Below, in pieces: positions 1-10,422 of a stretch of 64,000 nucleotides of DNA. The notes beneath the pieces were generated by a model that was given only the letters and a program-made list of their open reading frames with translations, was not told where the DNA came from and searched no databases. Source of the DNA: a virus. The position numbers and the translations under genes are program-made. The stretch is taken from IMG/VR virus record IMGVR_UViG_3300040751_001853; one strand, written 5' to 3'. Numbering within the stretch: position 1 is the stretch's first letter; each line of letters begins with the position of its first letter.

Positions 1-336
1 CCATTGGCCATATGTAACTAACTCGTTTTCTTTCACTGGATAATTAAGTAAATCATCTATATTATTAACAATAACTTGATCTATATCCATAATAATAATA
101 TCATCGCCTGGATTTTGATATGCAAATTGAGGGCTGAAAAATTTTAGTTTATGCCAATGTTTTACTATATTACTATTGTGATTGTAAGGTAAAACTAAAT
201 CTGCTTTGACATCTGTATCACTTAAACATACAAATTGAAAATCTACCGTTGAGTTTTTTCTTAAGCTATCGTGCAATCTAGTAATGTAATCTGGTGAATA
301 GAAACCGTCAAAATATACTGTACATATTTTAAGCAT
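1..336 (-). CDS. Glycosyltransferase-like protein (GT-A fold), N-terminal part; runs off the window edge
   Basis: Not in the ORF track. Manual translation from ATG at 336 gives MLKICTVYFDGFYSPDYITRLHDSLRKNSTVDFQFVCLSD...KHWHKLKFFSP...IIIMDIDQVIVNNIDDLL, with a DxD motif. It overlaps the stop of the upstream gene. Confidence 0.7.
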   Translation of the reverse strand, partial: MLKICTVYFDGFYSPDYITRLHDSLRKNSTVDFQFVCLSDTDVKADLVLPYNHNSNIVKHWHKLKFFSPQFAYQNPGDDIIIMDIDQVIVNNIDDLLNYPVKENELVTYGQW

Positions 337-1192
337 TTAATTTTTTCCAAACAATATCAAATCTTTTATTAATTGTATGACACATTATAACTTCATCTGG
401 TACCCAAAGTTGTTTAGAGAAAAAGAAATGCCATTTAGAATCTAACCATAATACAGGTATATTATTCTCCTTTAATTTAACTGAAAATAATGTTTCATTA
501 TCCCATCCAAAGTAGTGTGTTATTTTTTTCGGCCACATATCGTGTCCATTTTTTAAACTACTCATTAAAGATAGATTGTTATCGAAATCATCAAAGTATT
601 TTAATTTAACAATATGTTCTTTATTTGCCCCAATTATGCCTGTGTTTATGACATTATTACGAGGACTTAAACCTTTTTCAAATAACATAGCTTGAGCGTT
701 ATAATATTTTGCTGTTGGACTTCTTATTGTTGTTGATGTTTCTGTAACCGATTCAATTTTTGATACCGCATCCGAATTATCTAATACTGCTATACCTTTT
801 GTTAAATCCCAATGTTCAAAGAAATTTACAAATTTCATAGGAACAACGTCAAAATCTAAATAGAGTATTTCGTCATAGTTTTTTGCTAACTCATACATCA
901 AATGTATTTTATAAAAATTAATTACATTATAGGTTGTTAAGTATGGATACTTTGTTTGTAATTTTTTTTGATAATTAATATAGTTTGAATCAAACTCAAA
1001 CATTTTAAATTCAATATTATTAGCGAAAGCGTAAGCTTGTTTGCACGCCACTAAATCATCATAATTATCTTTAAATTGACTTTTTGTTACATAGTTTATA
1101 GGAGGATCACCTTCTTTTAAAACATTTTTATCAAATATATCAAGCTCTTCTTTTGGAATGTCAATATACAAACTATAAATTACTCTTTTCAT
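329..1192 (-). CDS. Nucleotide-diphospho-sugar transferase / glycosyltransferase-like protein
   Basis: KIHLMYEL...ILYLDFDVV (DxD motif), INTGII and WDNETL motifs typical of GT-A enzymes. Confidence 0.65.
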   Translation of the reverse strand: MKRVIYSLYIDIPKEELDIFDKNVLKEGDPPINYVTKSQFKDNYDDLVACKQAYAFANNIEFKMFEFDSNYINYQKKLQTKYPYLTTYNVINFYKIHLMYELAKNYDEILYLDFDVVPMKFVNFFEHWDLTKGIAVLDNSDAVSKIESVTETSTTIRSPTAKYYNAQAMLFEKGLSPRNNVINTGIIGANKEHIVKLKYFDDFDNNLSLMSSLKNGHDMWPKKITHYFGWDNETLFSVKLKENNIPVLWLDSKWHFFFSKQLWVPDEVIMCHTINKRFDIVWKKLNA

Positions 1193-1794
1193 TTAAACTT
1201 TCCTATCAGTAAAAATCTAATACCACGCTCATCTTTAATTTGATCTTCTATCATAACTTCAGCATTATCAGGTAATTGTTTTTTAAATTCTTCTATATTC
1301 TTAGCGCAATTAATATGACCTTCTATATCAAACATATTATTTGAGGTAAATGCAAAGTATGGTTTGTTCTTTCTACATATCCATTCCCACATAGGCCATT
1401 CTTTCATAGGTGCCATATGCTCGCAAGATGTGTTTATAAAAAGATTAGCACTTCTATATTCATTTAGTTTTAAATCATCAAATATATCCTGACATCTAAA
1501 TTGCACATTTTTATAATCATAGAACAATCTATTTGTAGCAATATTAATAACTTCTTTATCTTTATCAATAAGTGTAATTTTCTTTATATGTTTATAAGCA
1601 GGTACAAATATACTGCCATACCAACTACCCATAATTACAATTTCATCTATTTTAGCATTTAGCATTTCAACATATTCTATTATTGCTCCTTTTGCTCTAA
1701 ATTGATTTACACTATATGAGTCTAGTATATCAGGATTATGCCTGCCTTCTTGTATTATTCTTTTAAATAAATCTAAATCTATTTTATCAATCAT
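1189..1794 (-). CDS. Class I SAM-dependent methyltransferase-like protein
   Basis: IVIMGSWYG motif I, IDKD motif II and INTSCEHM. Confidence 0.65.
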   Translation of the reverse strand: MIDKIDLDLFKRIIQEGRHNPDILDSYSVNQFRAKGAIIEYVEMLNAKIDEIVIMGSWYGSIFVPAYKHIKKITLIDKDKEVINIATNRLFYDYKNVQFRCQDIFDDLKLNEYRSANLFINTSCEHMAPMKEWPMWEWICRKNKPYFAFTSNNMFDIEGHINCAKNIEEFKKQLPDNAEVMIEDQIKDERGIRFLLIGKFK

Positions 1795-4664
1795 TTTCTT
1801 ATTATATAATCATTAATAACTAACAAATCTAATGCTGTTTTTTTAAATGTTCTTATTGCTTGTTCAGGTGTTTCTACTATAGGTTCTTGGCAATTAAAAC
1901 TTGTATTTAATAACATAGGTATACCTGTTATTTTGTAAAATTCATTTATGATATTGTAAAACTTTTCATTAAATTTTTTATTAACTGTTTGTATTCTGGC
2001 TGTACCATCAACGTGTGTAATACCTGGCACTTTATCTGATTTAACTTTACATATTCTACTCATATATGGGCTAGGAAATTTTGTATCAAAATATTGTTTG
2101 TAATGTTCTTCTAATACAGCTGGTGCAAATGGTCTAAAGTCTTCTCTCATTTTAATTGTACTATTAATAATATCTTTAATATCTGGATTACGTGGATCTG
2201 CAAGTATTGATCTATTACCTAATGCACGATTGCCACTTTCTGATTTGCCTTGAAACCATCCTACTATTTTACCATCAGCGATGGCCTGTGCTACTTCTTT
2301 GTAATCAACTTTTTCATTACCAATATAGTCATATTCTTTACCAGCAAATGTTTTTGATTTATGTATATTATTGTTTAGTGTATAGTTAGCGTGTTGATAT
2401 GTGCCTATTGACTGTCCTTCATCACCTACAGCTGGTGGTACAAATACGTTTTCATAATGTTTAGTAAATTCTTCATTCATATATCCGTTATAAGCAACAC
2501 CACCTGCAATACAAAGATTATTGCAAGATTTTAATGGATAAACGTGTTCTTTTATTTTATCTATAGTAAATTTTTGTAGGGTATATGCAAGGTCTTCGAT
2601 ACTATTTAATCTAATTTCTTTAAAGTGTTCTTGTTTTTTTTCGGTTATCTCACCTGCAAGTATTGTTTCAAATACATTATAATAATACTCACTATATTTT
2701 CCATATCCTACTTTACCCATAAGTTTACTTGCACCAAGTGTACCAAAGCCTGTTAAGTTTGACATATGATTCCATAGCCAACCAATAGGCAATTTATCAG
2801 ATAAATCAATTAAGTTTTTATTTTTATCAAAAAACACACATCTATATTTTGATCCTATACCATCAATTGCTAGTATATCTGATTGTTCAAAACCTGAATT
2901 AAGAAAGGCATATGCGGCGTGTGATTGATGGTGATCTATAAAGTAAAGATCATCTTTTAAATAATAGTCCCATAGTTTCTTCGGGTCATAATCAAATATA
3001 TCTTGTGGTAACTTATCTTTGCATTTTCTTATGCCGCCAAACGTATATGTAAATGCTAGAATGCCATTTGTACCATCTCTTTTATTTGTATCCCAATATT
3101 CTTCAATAAACTCATCATTTAATCTGTAATCGCTAGAATTTAATATATCTGATTGATGAGCATATGCTTCAGCGTGATAAGGTAAATTATGTTTAAATCT
3201 AGTAAATCTTTCTCTTTGATTATGAAACACACCATCATAGGTATTGTGGTCGTGTAAATTAAGTGCTACGGAATATATTTTTTTCACTCTTTTTTCTCCA
3301 TTATATTTTTTCAGTTCAGGATAGACATCAAATAAGCTTGCTTCCCATTTAGTGCCTTCATAATATTTATCTATTTTTAAAAGATAGTCAATTGTATCCA
3401 AATAAGACAGGCCACCATTATCTTCTTTTAAAATATTTTGAATATCAGGAAAGTTTTCGTACTTGTCTATAAGTACTTTCTTTAAATCATCTGGCAATAC
3501 ATTTGCACATAACTTTGCTGGTCCTCTTATATTAGACCAGTTAATTTGTTTAAATAGTTTTTTGTTTTCATCAAACCAGTTTATAAGTTCATAAAATCTT
3601 AATACACTTAAAAAAGATATTGTGCCATTTACATTTATTTGAACATTAGGATATTGCTTTACCGTTTTTATATTTTTAACTATATCTTCCCAATTTGATC
3701 TACGCCTAATATATTCATCTGTTTTACCTATACCATCAAGTGATACCGTAAATTCAAATAACTGAAAGTGTCTTATATAATCTGTAATCCTATATTTACC
3801 TTGTCCTAAAACAGACATATTAGTTTGAAATTTTAGTTTCATATGAGGAGCATGGCCTGTCTTTATAATTGCGTCAAGTAATTGATAAAATTGTTTCATA
3901 ACTAGTGGTTCACCACCAATCAATTTAAGATTATAAATGTATGGTGCAAATTCAACTATCTGACCTATAATATCTTTTATCTGGCCTTTAAAAGGATTAA
4001 GTTTAACATCATTACCGTGTTTAAGAGTCCATACATTCATAACCGTTTGACCTTCTAATTCTTTTGAGTTCAATGTTGTAGTTCTTGTAGAAGAGTCGTA
4101 AGTGTGGCACATATAACAATCTAAATTACATTGATTACCAAATGCTTTTATTTGCACTTCAAAAATTCTATCTTTTATGTGACCTGTTTTTGTTTCTTTA
4201 TAACGATTAACTGCCTTTCTTATACCTGCCCATATACCATCATCATTAGATTGTATCTTTAATGAGGCCTGTCGTCTGGATCTGCCATATTGTTTTTCTT
4301 GTTTAATACACGATACACACGATTTTTTTGTTAACTTTAAATCAGAGCCTGGTGTTGTCATTTCTTTTCGTAATTGATTTAGTTTAGGATCATTTTCAAA
4401 CCAATCTCTTATAGATGTATCTCTTATATTAGGACCAAATTCAGATGATCTAGCCCACGAGCATGGTGCATAATTACCTTGTATATCTGTAAATAATAAT
4501 TGAAAGGGTGCACCACAGAAAAATATATCTTGGTCTTTAATACTTTTATCTAATTCATCTAATATACAATTTTTAAACCATTCAGATGTATCTAATTTTC
4601 CATTGCCCAAATACTGATCACCTGGTCCTCCTTTAGTCAGATGTTTAGGTAACTTTTTACTCAT
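1791..4664 (-). CDS. Fusion of a radical SAM protein (N-terminal SPASM/twitch-like Cys domain) and a NodU/CmcH-family O-carbamoyltransferase
   Basis: CNLDCYMC (CxxxCxxC) and LKLIGGEPL in the N-half. HHQSHAAYAF, LAIDGIG, AGGVAYN, PPAVGDEG, RALGNRSILADP, RPFAP, HVDGTARIQTV and LLNTSFN in the C-half. Confidence 0.85.
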   Translation of the reverse strand: MSKKLPKHLTKGGPGDQYLGNGKLDTSEWFKNCILDELDKSIKDQDIFFCGAPFQLLFTDIQGNYAPCSWARSSEFGPNIRDTSIRDWFENDPKLNQLRKEMTTPGSDLKLTKKSCVSCIKQEKQYGRSRRQASLKIQSNDDGIWAGIRKAVNRYKETKTGHIKDRIFEVQIKAFGNQCNLDCYMCHTYDSSTRTTTLNSKELEGQTVMNVWTLKHGNDVKLNPFKGQIKDIIGQIVEFAPYIYNLKLIGGEPLVMKQFYQLLDAIIKTGHAPHMKLKFQTNMSVLGQGKYRITDYIRHFQLFEFTVSLDGIGKTDEYIRRRSNWEDIVKNIKTVKQYPNVQINVNGTISFLSVLRFYELINWFDENKKLFKQINWSNIRGPAKLCANVLPDDLKKVLIDKYENFPDIQNILKEDNGGLSYLDTIDYLLKIDKYYEGTKWEASLFDVYPELKKYNGEKRVKKIYSVALNLHDHNTYDGVFHNQRERFTRFKHNLPYHAEAYAHQSDILNSSDYRLNDEFIEEYWDTNKRDGTNGILAFTYTFGGIRKCKDKLPQDIFDYDPKKLWDYYLKDDLYFIDHHQSHAAYAFLNSGFEQSDILAIDGIGSKYRCVFFDKNKNLIDLSDKLPIGWLWNHMSNLTGFGTLGASKLMGKVGYGKYSEYYYNVFETILAGEITEKKQEHFKEIRLNSIEDLAYTLQKFTIDKIKEHVYPLKSCNNLCIAGGVAYNGYMNEEFTKHYENVFVPPAVGDEGQSIGTYQHANYTLNNNIHKSKTFAGKEYDYIGNEKVDYKEVAQAIADGKIVGWFQGKSESGNRALGNRSILADPRNPDIKDIINSTIKMREDFRPFAPAVLEEHYKQYFDTKFPSPYMSRICKVKSDKVPGITHVDGTARIQTVNKKFNEKFYNIINEFYKITGIPMLLNTSFNCQEPIVETPEQAIRTFKKTALDLLVINDYIIRK

Positions 4665-4670
4665 AAGTTT

Positions 4671-5357
4671 TTACTCGTCATCCTCAAATGAAAAGATGTC
4701 CTCAAAAGGTGGACAAGTATCTTTTTTTAAACTTTCTGGTTTCATATTTTGCCACTTATACAATTCTGCTTTACCTATTGTTTGTATTAGATATGGTGTG
4801 TACTTAATAAACTTAAAATGATTTTCTTTTGTTCTCCATTTTTGTAAGTTTTTTGGAAAACAAATATTATATGAAGTATCCCAACCTTTATCTAAAACAG
4901 CTCCTGTGATCGTTTTGGCAATCATTCCAACTTCTATAGCCCAACTTTCTCTTCCATGTGGTATAAACCATTCTTCACCCATTTCCCATCTAGTGCCTGT
5001 TTTTGCACATTGCTCTCTAGCAAACTGATTACCTGGAGCAACTCTTGGTGTGAATATTAACGTCCAAGGTGCTGTTGCTATATGAAATAGATTAGGGTTT
5101 GCTTGATATGTAAATCCTTTTTTCTGTACATCACCATCAAAACTTATTTTATTGCCTTCACATAGGTCATATAAAATTTTACTTCTTTCTGCATTTGGTC
5201 CTAACACATACGCTTTGTAAGGAAAGGCTTTTTGTTTTGATGTTGCTAATGGATATCCTATTCTCAATATCTCCTCTATTTGTAATCTAGTAGGAATAAT
5301 ATCTTTTTTATAATGAACAACGTGGGCTCTTTTTTTTAATGAATCAGTTATACTCAT
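4671..5357 (-). CDS. Nitroreductase-like (FMN-binding) protein
   Basis: LKKRAHVVHY N-terminal motif, SKQKAFPYKAYVLGP, and IEVGMIAKTITGAVLDKGWDTSYNICF matching the nitroreductase fold. Confidence 0.6.
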   Translation of the reverse strand: MSITDSLKKRAHVVHYKKDIIPTRLQIEEILRIGYPLATSKQKAFPYKAYVLGPNAERSKILYDLCEGNKISFDGDVQKKGFTYQANPNLFHIATAPWTLIFTPRVAPGNQFAREQCAKTGTRWEMGEEWFIPHGRESWAIEVGMIAKTITGAVLDKGWDTSYNICFPKNLQKWRTKENHFKFIKYTPYLIQTIGKAELYKWQNMKPESLKKDTCPPFEDIFSFEDDE

Positions 5358-6202
5358 AATACCCTCGCATATTTTGATACTGGAAAATGACCTTTAGGTT
5401 CAACCCATTCCATACAATTTTTACAATAATTTTCATACTTAAATAATCTAAAATTCATCATCTTGTCTATATTCTCCTGTGTTATGTCAAATGTTTTTGA
5501 ATGTATAATATTATTAGCAAATTTCTTACTACAATGTACAATCTTTCTTGTTTCAAAGTTGATAACAGGCACCATAGGAAAAGCTGCACACATCTTACGA
5601 TCTATTTCTGCAGCCTGAGTATGTACTGCCAATACATCATCTTTATTAGGTGTTCTACCATTAAATGATTTCCACATTGTATTTTTGTGATCTAACTGTT
5701 TCATTTCTTCTGGAAAGTTATCTTTGTATTTAAAATAATTAGGTGTCTTTACGCATAGATTGTAATTATTGTATTCATTTGGTTGTATGAAACCGTAAGG
5801 TGGTAGTAAATCTAAACTACCAAGTTTTTTAATTTCGTTTTCATAAAAATCTAATATATTATGTTCAATATAAAGTATATCAGAATCTTTTAGTATATGT
5901 GGATATCTTTTACGTACAAAGGAGTTTGATAGTACTGAACATACGTGATTAGGTCTACTTTTAACTTCAGCAATAACATCATCTAAATTTTTAATTAGGC
6001 CTGGCTCACCACCTAGAAGACAAACACGTATCTTATAATTTTTTAAATAGTCTAGTGTTTGTTTTAGGAAATCCATATCAACTGTCAAGTTTCTCATTTC
6101 TAAAGTATAGCTTGTACAGTAATGGCAATCTTTATTACAAGACATAGACATAAAAAAATCTATGGCTAAATAGTTTTCTTGTATTTCTTTTAATGTTTTC
6201 AT
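5354..6202 (-). CDS. Radical SAM protein with C-terminal Cys cluster
   Basis: CNKDCHYC, LLGGEPGL, and C-terminal CAAF...HCSK...CKNC. Confidence 0.85.
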   Translation of the reverse strand: MKTLKEIQENYLAIDFFMSMSCNKDCHYCTSYTLEMRNLTVDMDFLKQTLDYLKNYKIRVCLLGGEPGLIKNLDDVIAEVKSRPNHVCSVLSNSFVRKRYPHILKDSDILYIEHNILDFYENEIKKLGSLDLLPPYGFIQPNEYNNYNLCVKTPNYFKYKDNFPEEMKQLDHKNTMWKSFNGRTPNKDDVLAVHTQAAEIDRKMCAAFPMVPVINFETRKIVHCSKKFANNIIHSKTFDITQENIDKMMNFRLFKYENYCKNCMEWVEPKGHFPVSKYARVL

Positions 6203-6516
6203 ATTGTAAACTTATCAAAAAAGAATTTATTTAATGCTACTAATAGTTTTTGTTTGGCTTGATCTTTGAAATTTAATTCTTCAAATATATAATCTGGCCT
6301 TTCGTAGGCCTTTTCTATTATATAATGATAGATGTCCTCAATGTCATCTGCTATCAAAGACTTATCAAGCACTATATCATTACCAAAAATATATTTCATT
6401 TTTTTAATTAACTCTAAAAGTCTAAAAGGTATTTTATCTGTTATGTCAATCATATTATTGTTACTATCAAAATAACAGAAAGTTTTAAAAGATGGACTAA
6501 TTATTATTTCATTCAT
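6199..6516 (-). CDS. Hypothetical protein
   Basis: ATGA-coupled to both neighbours; no recognisable motif. Confidence 0.6.
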   Translation of the reverse strand: MNEIIISPSFKTFCYFDSNNNMIDITDKIPFRLLELIKKMKYIFGNDIVLDKSLIADDIEDIYHYIIEKAYERPDYIFEELNFKDQAKQKLLVALNKFFFDKFTI

Positions 6517-7565
6517 ACTGTTGCCATAATTATATTACAAGTATTATCTATTTCATCATTTGTTAAATATGGATGAATAGGTAATGTTAGTATTGTATCA
6601 CATATTTGTTGACTATTCAAGCAGCTATCTTTTCTATGTATAATAGAATTATACATTACATTTTCCGATATAGGATTAGGATAGTGTACAGCTGCACCTA
6701 GTCTTTTCTTTAAGGTTTCTCTTATTTCTTTATTTTTAACTCTAATAACATATTTGTGATAACAATGATTAACACCTTCATCAATTTTTTGAAGGGTAAC
6801 TATATCTTTTAAATTATTATCATATCTTTTAGCTATTCTAAATCTCTTATCTTGCCATTCGTGCATTTTGTCTATTCTAAAATTAATAAATTCAGCATTG
6901 ATTGCTAACATTTTAGAGTTAAATCCTAATACTTCATTATTACCGTGTCTTCTTAATTTTCTAATAAAGTCTGCTTGAGTTTTGTTGTCTAATAAAACAG
7001 CACCACCACCTGCAATCCCAGCAACAGGCTTATTTGCGTTAAAACTTAATGTTGCAATGTCACCATATGTTCCTGCATATTGACCATTTCTGTTTGCACC
7101 AAATGATTGACAAGCATCCTCTATTAGTTTTATATTTTTTTCTTCACAAAAGTTTTGTATTTCTGTCATATCAGATATGTTGCCAAACAGGTGTGGGTAC
7201 ACTATTGCCTTTACTTTATCAGAATACATACGTTTAATACTATCAATTGACATATGATAAGTTTCTAAATCAACATCACAAAATACAGGTGTTGCACCTA
7301 CCATCGTTATACAAGAGGCTGTAGATATCCAAGAAAAGTTTGTAGTCATTATCTCATCGCCAGGTCCTAGATTAAGTGCCATTAGAGCAAAACGTAGAGC
7401 GTCTGTGCCACTAGCACACGTTACAGCATATTTTCTATTAATAATTTTTAAAATATGTTTTTCTAAAAATTCAACGTTTCTTTCGTTTTCTTTTTGCATA
7501 ACATTATCAAAAAGCTTTAAGTATTCATCTTTGTTTGCTATATAATCTTTATACCAACTATCCAT
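6513..7565 (-). CDS. DegT/DnrJ/EryC1/StrS PLP-dependent sugar aminotransferase
   Basis: SGTDAL, GATPVFCDVD, IEDACQSFGA and SFNANKP (PLP lysine). Confidence 0.92.
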   Translation of the reverse strand: MDSWYKDYIANKDEYLKLFDNVMQKENERNVEFLEKHILKIINRKYAVTCASGTDALRFALMALNLGPGDEIMTTNFSWISTASCITMVGATPVFCDVDLETYHMSIDSIKRMYSDKVKAIVYPHLFGNISDMTEIQNFCEEKNIKLIEDACQSFGANRNGQYAGTYGDIATLSFNANKPVAGIAGGGAVLLDNKTQADFIRKLRRHGNNEVLGFNSKMLAINAEFINFRIDKMHEWQDKRFRIAKRYDNNLKDIVTLQKIDEGVNHCYHKYVIRVKNKEIRETLKKRLGAAVHYPNPISENVMYNSIIHRKDSCLNSQQICDTILTLPIHPYLTNDEIDNTCNIIMATV

Positions 7566-8355
7566 TATCTTTACCTATTATGTTATAATCTTTTAATAAC
7601 TTATTTATTTTATTACTAATAGCTATATGTCCTAGTTTATTTGGGTGATTGTCAATTACGGATACTCTTTGTGGTGATTTTTTATTTTCCCATAGATCAA
7701 GTTTATCTTTAAATCTCCATCCTCCAAGTTTTTGTACAGGAGGCCATCCCATAAATTTAGATGTATCTAATTTGTTTTCATAGTCCATTATAGATTTTAA
7801 TATAATTGATTCGTCTTTTGTTTTATTTCCTGGATATTTACTTTGAGTATTAGGATCCGCTCCAAAATGAACATCATTTTGACTTGGCTTAATACCTTCT
7901 AAATAATGTTCAAAAAGTTCTATCATTTGAAATTGAACATAAGGTATATTATATCTCTCACATAGTATTTGAAAATCTAAATAATGTCCTAAAGACTTTT
8001 CAACCCACCACGGTAGGTTACCATGTGTATCAATTCTCAAATTTTTCCAATTTGACCTCATAATAGTATCTTCTTTATAATCCTTTCTTGGAGCTTGTGA
8101 CCAAGCAGCAATAACTAAACCAATTTGACTTTTATCGTCTATCTTAACTATTTCATCTCGTAAAGTCGTATAGATAAATTCATTGCCTTGTCCCGACCTA
8201 GCCATGTTGATAACTTTCATACCTAATTTTTCTGATAATAATTCAGGCCATTTTTTGTAACTAAAATCCATATCTGGATGAGATATAGAATCAAAGTCAT
8301 CTGTTGTATTACTATCGCCACTAACTATCAGATACTTCATTGAATGCTCTTTCAT
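7558..8355 (-). CDS. SGNH/GDSL hydrolase-like protein (probable start at 8340)
   Basis: IVSGDSNT block I, NMARSGQGN block II and DNHPN block V. Confidence 0.7.
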   Translation of the reverse strand: MKEHSMKYLIVSGDSNTTDDFDSISHPDMDFSYKKWPELLSEKLGMKVINMARSGQGNEFIYTTLRDEIVKIDDKSQIGLVIAAWSQAPRKDYKEDTIMRSNWKNLRIDTHGNLPWWVEKSLGHYLDFQILCERYNIPYVQFQMIELFEHYLEGIKPSQNDVHFGADPNTQSKYPGNKTKDESIILKSIMDYENKLDTSKFMGWPPVQKLGGWRFKDKLDLWENKKSPQRVSVIDNHPNKLGHIAISNKINKLLKDYNIIGKDNG

Positions 8356-9067
8356 ATATGAATTCAGCTATTTTTTGTTGTCCAGCTGCATTAGGATGCC
8401 TATCTAATTCTGATATTTTATGTTCTTCTTTTAACACACTAAACTCTAAACTAAATCCTCCTAATTCTTCATCAGTTGGCCAATTAAGGTGTTTATCATT
8501 AAATTTGTATTTTGTGCTTTTTAGGGTTTCAAGTGTTTCATTTTTTAATTTTTTATATAAAGGACCTAAAACTATATTATTAGTATTTAATTTTAAATCT
8601 TTACTGTTGTTTTTTTCATATTGTTGTTTGTTTATTTCCCACAAATGTCCTCTATATAAACTTATCATTTGAAAATGTATGTAAGGAAGTTTTTCTTGTT
8701 TTAAAAGATTTTGAAAGGCATATTGATACCTAATGCTTCTATTTATCCAATAAATTAAATCACCTTTCACATCTTGTCTGTCATTTGTCCACTTATTCTT
8801 TACTTGAAAACAACGTCTAGGTGCTGTAGACCAAGCAGCTATAACTATACCAATTTCATCTTTAGGTGTGCTTTGTATATAATCTGATATAGATGAATAA
8901 ATATACTCTTGTCCTGCACCACATTTACAAAGATTAACACACTCCATGTTTAGTTTTTCTGCCAACAGTTCTGGCCATTTAGGCCAATCACAATCCATTT
9001 CAGGATGAAATGATGAAATAAAGTTTTTATCTCCCCAACTACATCCACTAACTATTAATTTTTTCAT
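8321..9067 (-). CDS. SGNH/GDSL hydrolase-like protein, paralogue of 7558-8355
   Basis: IVSGCSWGD, NLCKCGAGQ and DRHPN; shares KWPELLxEKLxM and IAAWSxAPR with its neighbour. Confidence 0.7.
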   Translation of the reverse strand: MKKLIVSGCSWGDKNFISSFHPEMDCDWPKWPELLAEKLNMECVNLCKCGAGQEYIYSSISDYIQSTPKDEIGIVIAAWSTAPRRCFQVKNKWTNDRQDVKGDLIYWINRSIRYQYAFQNLLKQEKLPYIHFQMISLYRGHLWEINKQQYEKNNSKDLKLNTNNIVLGPLYKKLKNETLETLKSTKYKFNDKHLNWPTDEELGGFSLEFSVLKEEHKISELDRHPNAAGQQKIAEFIYERAFNEVSDS

Positions 9068-9438
9068 ACTTTGTTTTTTACTATTGATTTACCTTTTTCG
9101 TCTAAATGATGTTCTATTTTTATATTATCGTTTGGTCTAACTAGACAATGATATAAACAGTTTCTAGGCACTCTACTATGGTCACCTGCCTCACCTTCTT
9201 TCATTATTTTTTCAAATTCTCTCCATTCATCTGATAATACTATTTCATCTATGTTTTCTACATCACTTACTTTACTAACCTTTAACATTTTTTGAAATAA
9301 AGGTGTATTTAATGTCCATTCTTGGTCGCACCAACAACAAGGTAATAAATGACCTCTATTACTCATAGCCATTTGCATTTTACCATTCATACATTGAGCA
9401 ACAAATTTACCTTCTAATTTATCTTTTTTATCTTTCAT
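9064..9438 (-). CDS. Stand-alone SPASM/twitch-like Fe-S domain protein
   Basis: C...MSNRGHLLPCCWCD...NCLYHC cysteine pattern. Confidence 0.7.
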   Translation of the reverse strand: MKDKKDKLEGKFVAQCMNGKMQMAMSNRGHLLPCCWCDQEWTLNTPLFQKMLKVSKVSDVENIDEIVLSDEWREFEKIMKEGEAGDHSRVPRNCLYHCLVRPNDNIKIEHHLDEKGKSIVKNKV

Positions 9439-10084
9439 AAGGTCTAATATATCCTTTATATCCTAAATTATATTCTTTTTCCTTTGGTCTTAATGGATCA
9501 TCTTCTCCCATCCAACGTGATGAATGTAAAATAATAAACATTAAACCATTATCTTTAGCCATTTGTTTTGCCTTTTCTAAATTGTGTTCGTTATAACTAA
9601 ACACTATAAACTGCCATGATGGCGTTTGTTGTAAATGTTTCTTTGCCTCTAACATAACCTCATATAACTTTTGACCATCTTGGTTGATACGATACATATT
9701 ACTTTCTTCGGGTAAACCATCTATTGCAAATATCCATTTTGCTTTAGTATGGGCTTTAAATGCTTTTATATACCAGTCTTTAGGCTTTTGTGATGAGGCA
9801 TTATGTACTGTAACTTGTGTTCCTTTTTTATAAAGATATTCTAATATTTCAACAAATTTAGGATGATGTACAGGATCAGATAATTGACCACAGAAATTAA
9901 ATGATGAAAAATAATCAGATAACTTTTTAATTTCATCCATCGTAGCATCCCGACCATAAACTTTTCTGCCTTCAAGTGTAAAGTTGGTCTGTCTTTGACA
10001 TCTCATACACTCTAGTGGACACCTATTACTTATGTCAATGTTTATACCTTTTTTTGATCTTCTATAAAATGATATATCGCTCAT
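9428..10084 (-). CDS. Radical SAM core protein (no C-terminal SPASM)
   Basis: CPLECMRC, FCGQLSDP and FAIDGL. Confidence 0.85.
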   Translation of the reverse strand: MSDISFYRRSKKGINIDISNRCPLECMRCQRQTNFTLEGRKVYGRDATMDEIKKLSDYFSSFNFCGQLSDPVHHPKFVEILEYLYKKGTQVTVHNASSQKPKDWYIKAFKAHTKAKWIFAIDGLPEESNMYRINQDGQKLYEVMLEAKKHLQQTPSWQFIVFSYNEHNLEKAKQMAKDNGLMFIILHSSRWMGEDDPLRPKEKEYNLGYKGYIRPYER

Positions 10085-10422
10085 TTACCTTTTCTTTCAA
10101 ACATATTACCAGATGGATCAAACCATTCTTCTATTTTTAGTTTATCTTCACCATCATCTAAACAATGATGTTTACATACTGCAGGTATTTTGTCTAAATC
10201 ACCTTCTTTTAAAGTATTATAAAACTCTTTCCATTCATCTGAAGTTATTATATCTTTTAAACTTTTATTTTTACTTATGTCACTAACATTTAATAACTTT
10301 TTAATTTCAGGATATTCAATCCATTTAGGTGTATCAATATAACAACAAGGTAATAATCTACCTCTATTATCTATAGCCATTTGTGTAGTTGATGATAAAC
10401 ATTTAGGCCTAAACTTTGTCAT
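10081..10422 (-). CDS. Stand-alone SPASM/twitch-like Fe-S domain protein
   Basis: KCL...IDNRGRLLPCCYID...VCKHHC; paralogue of 9064-9438. Confidence 0.7.
   Translation of the reverse strand: MTKFRPKCLSSTTQMAIDNRGRLLPCCYIDTPKWIEYPEIKKLLNVSDISKNKSLKDIITSDEWKEFYNTLKEGDLDKIPAVCKHHCLDDGEDKLKIEEWFDPSGNMFERKGK

Noticed and set aside
2632-5338. Homopolymer A runs (minus strand) near 2632-2641 and 5330-5338 as programmed frameshift or phase-variation sites
   Set aside because: The reading frames are intact, and such runs are common in this AT-rich, Lys-rich genome.
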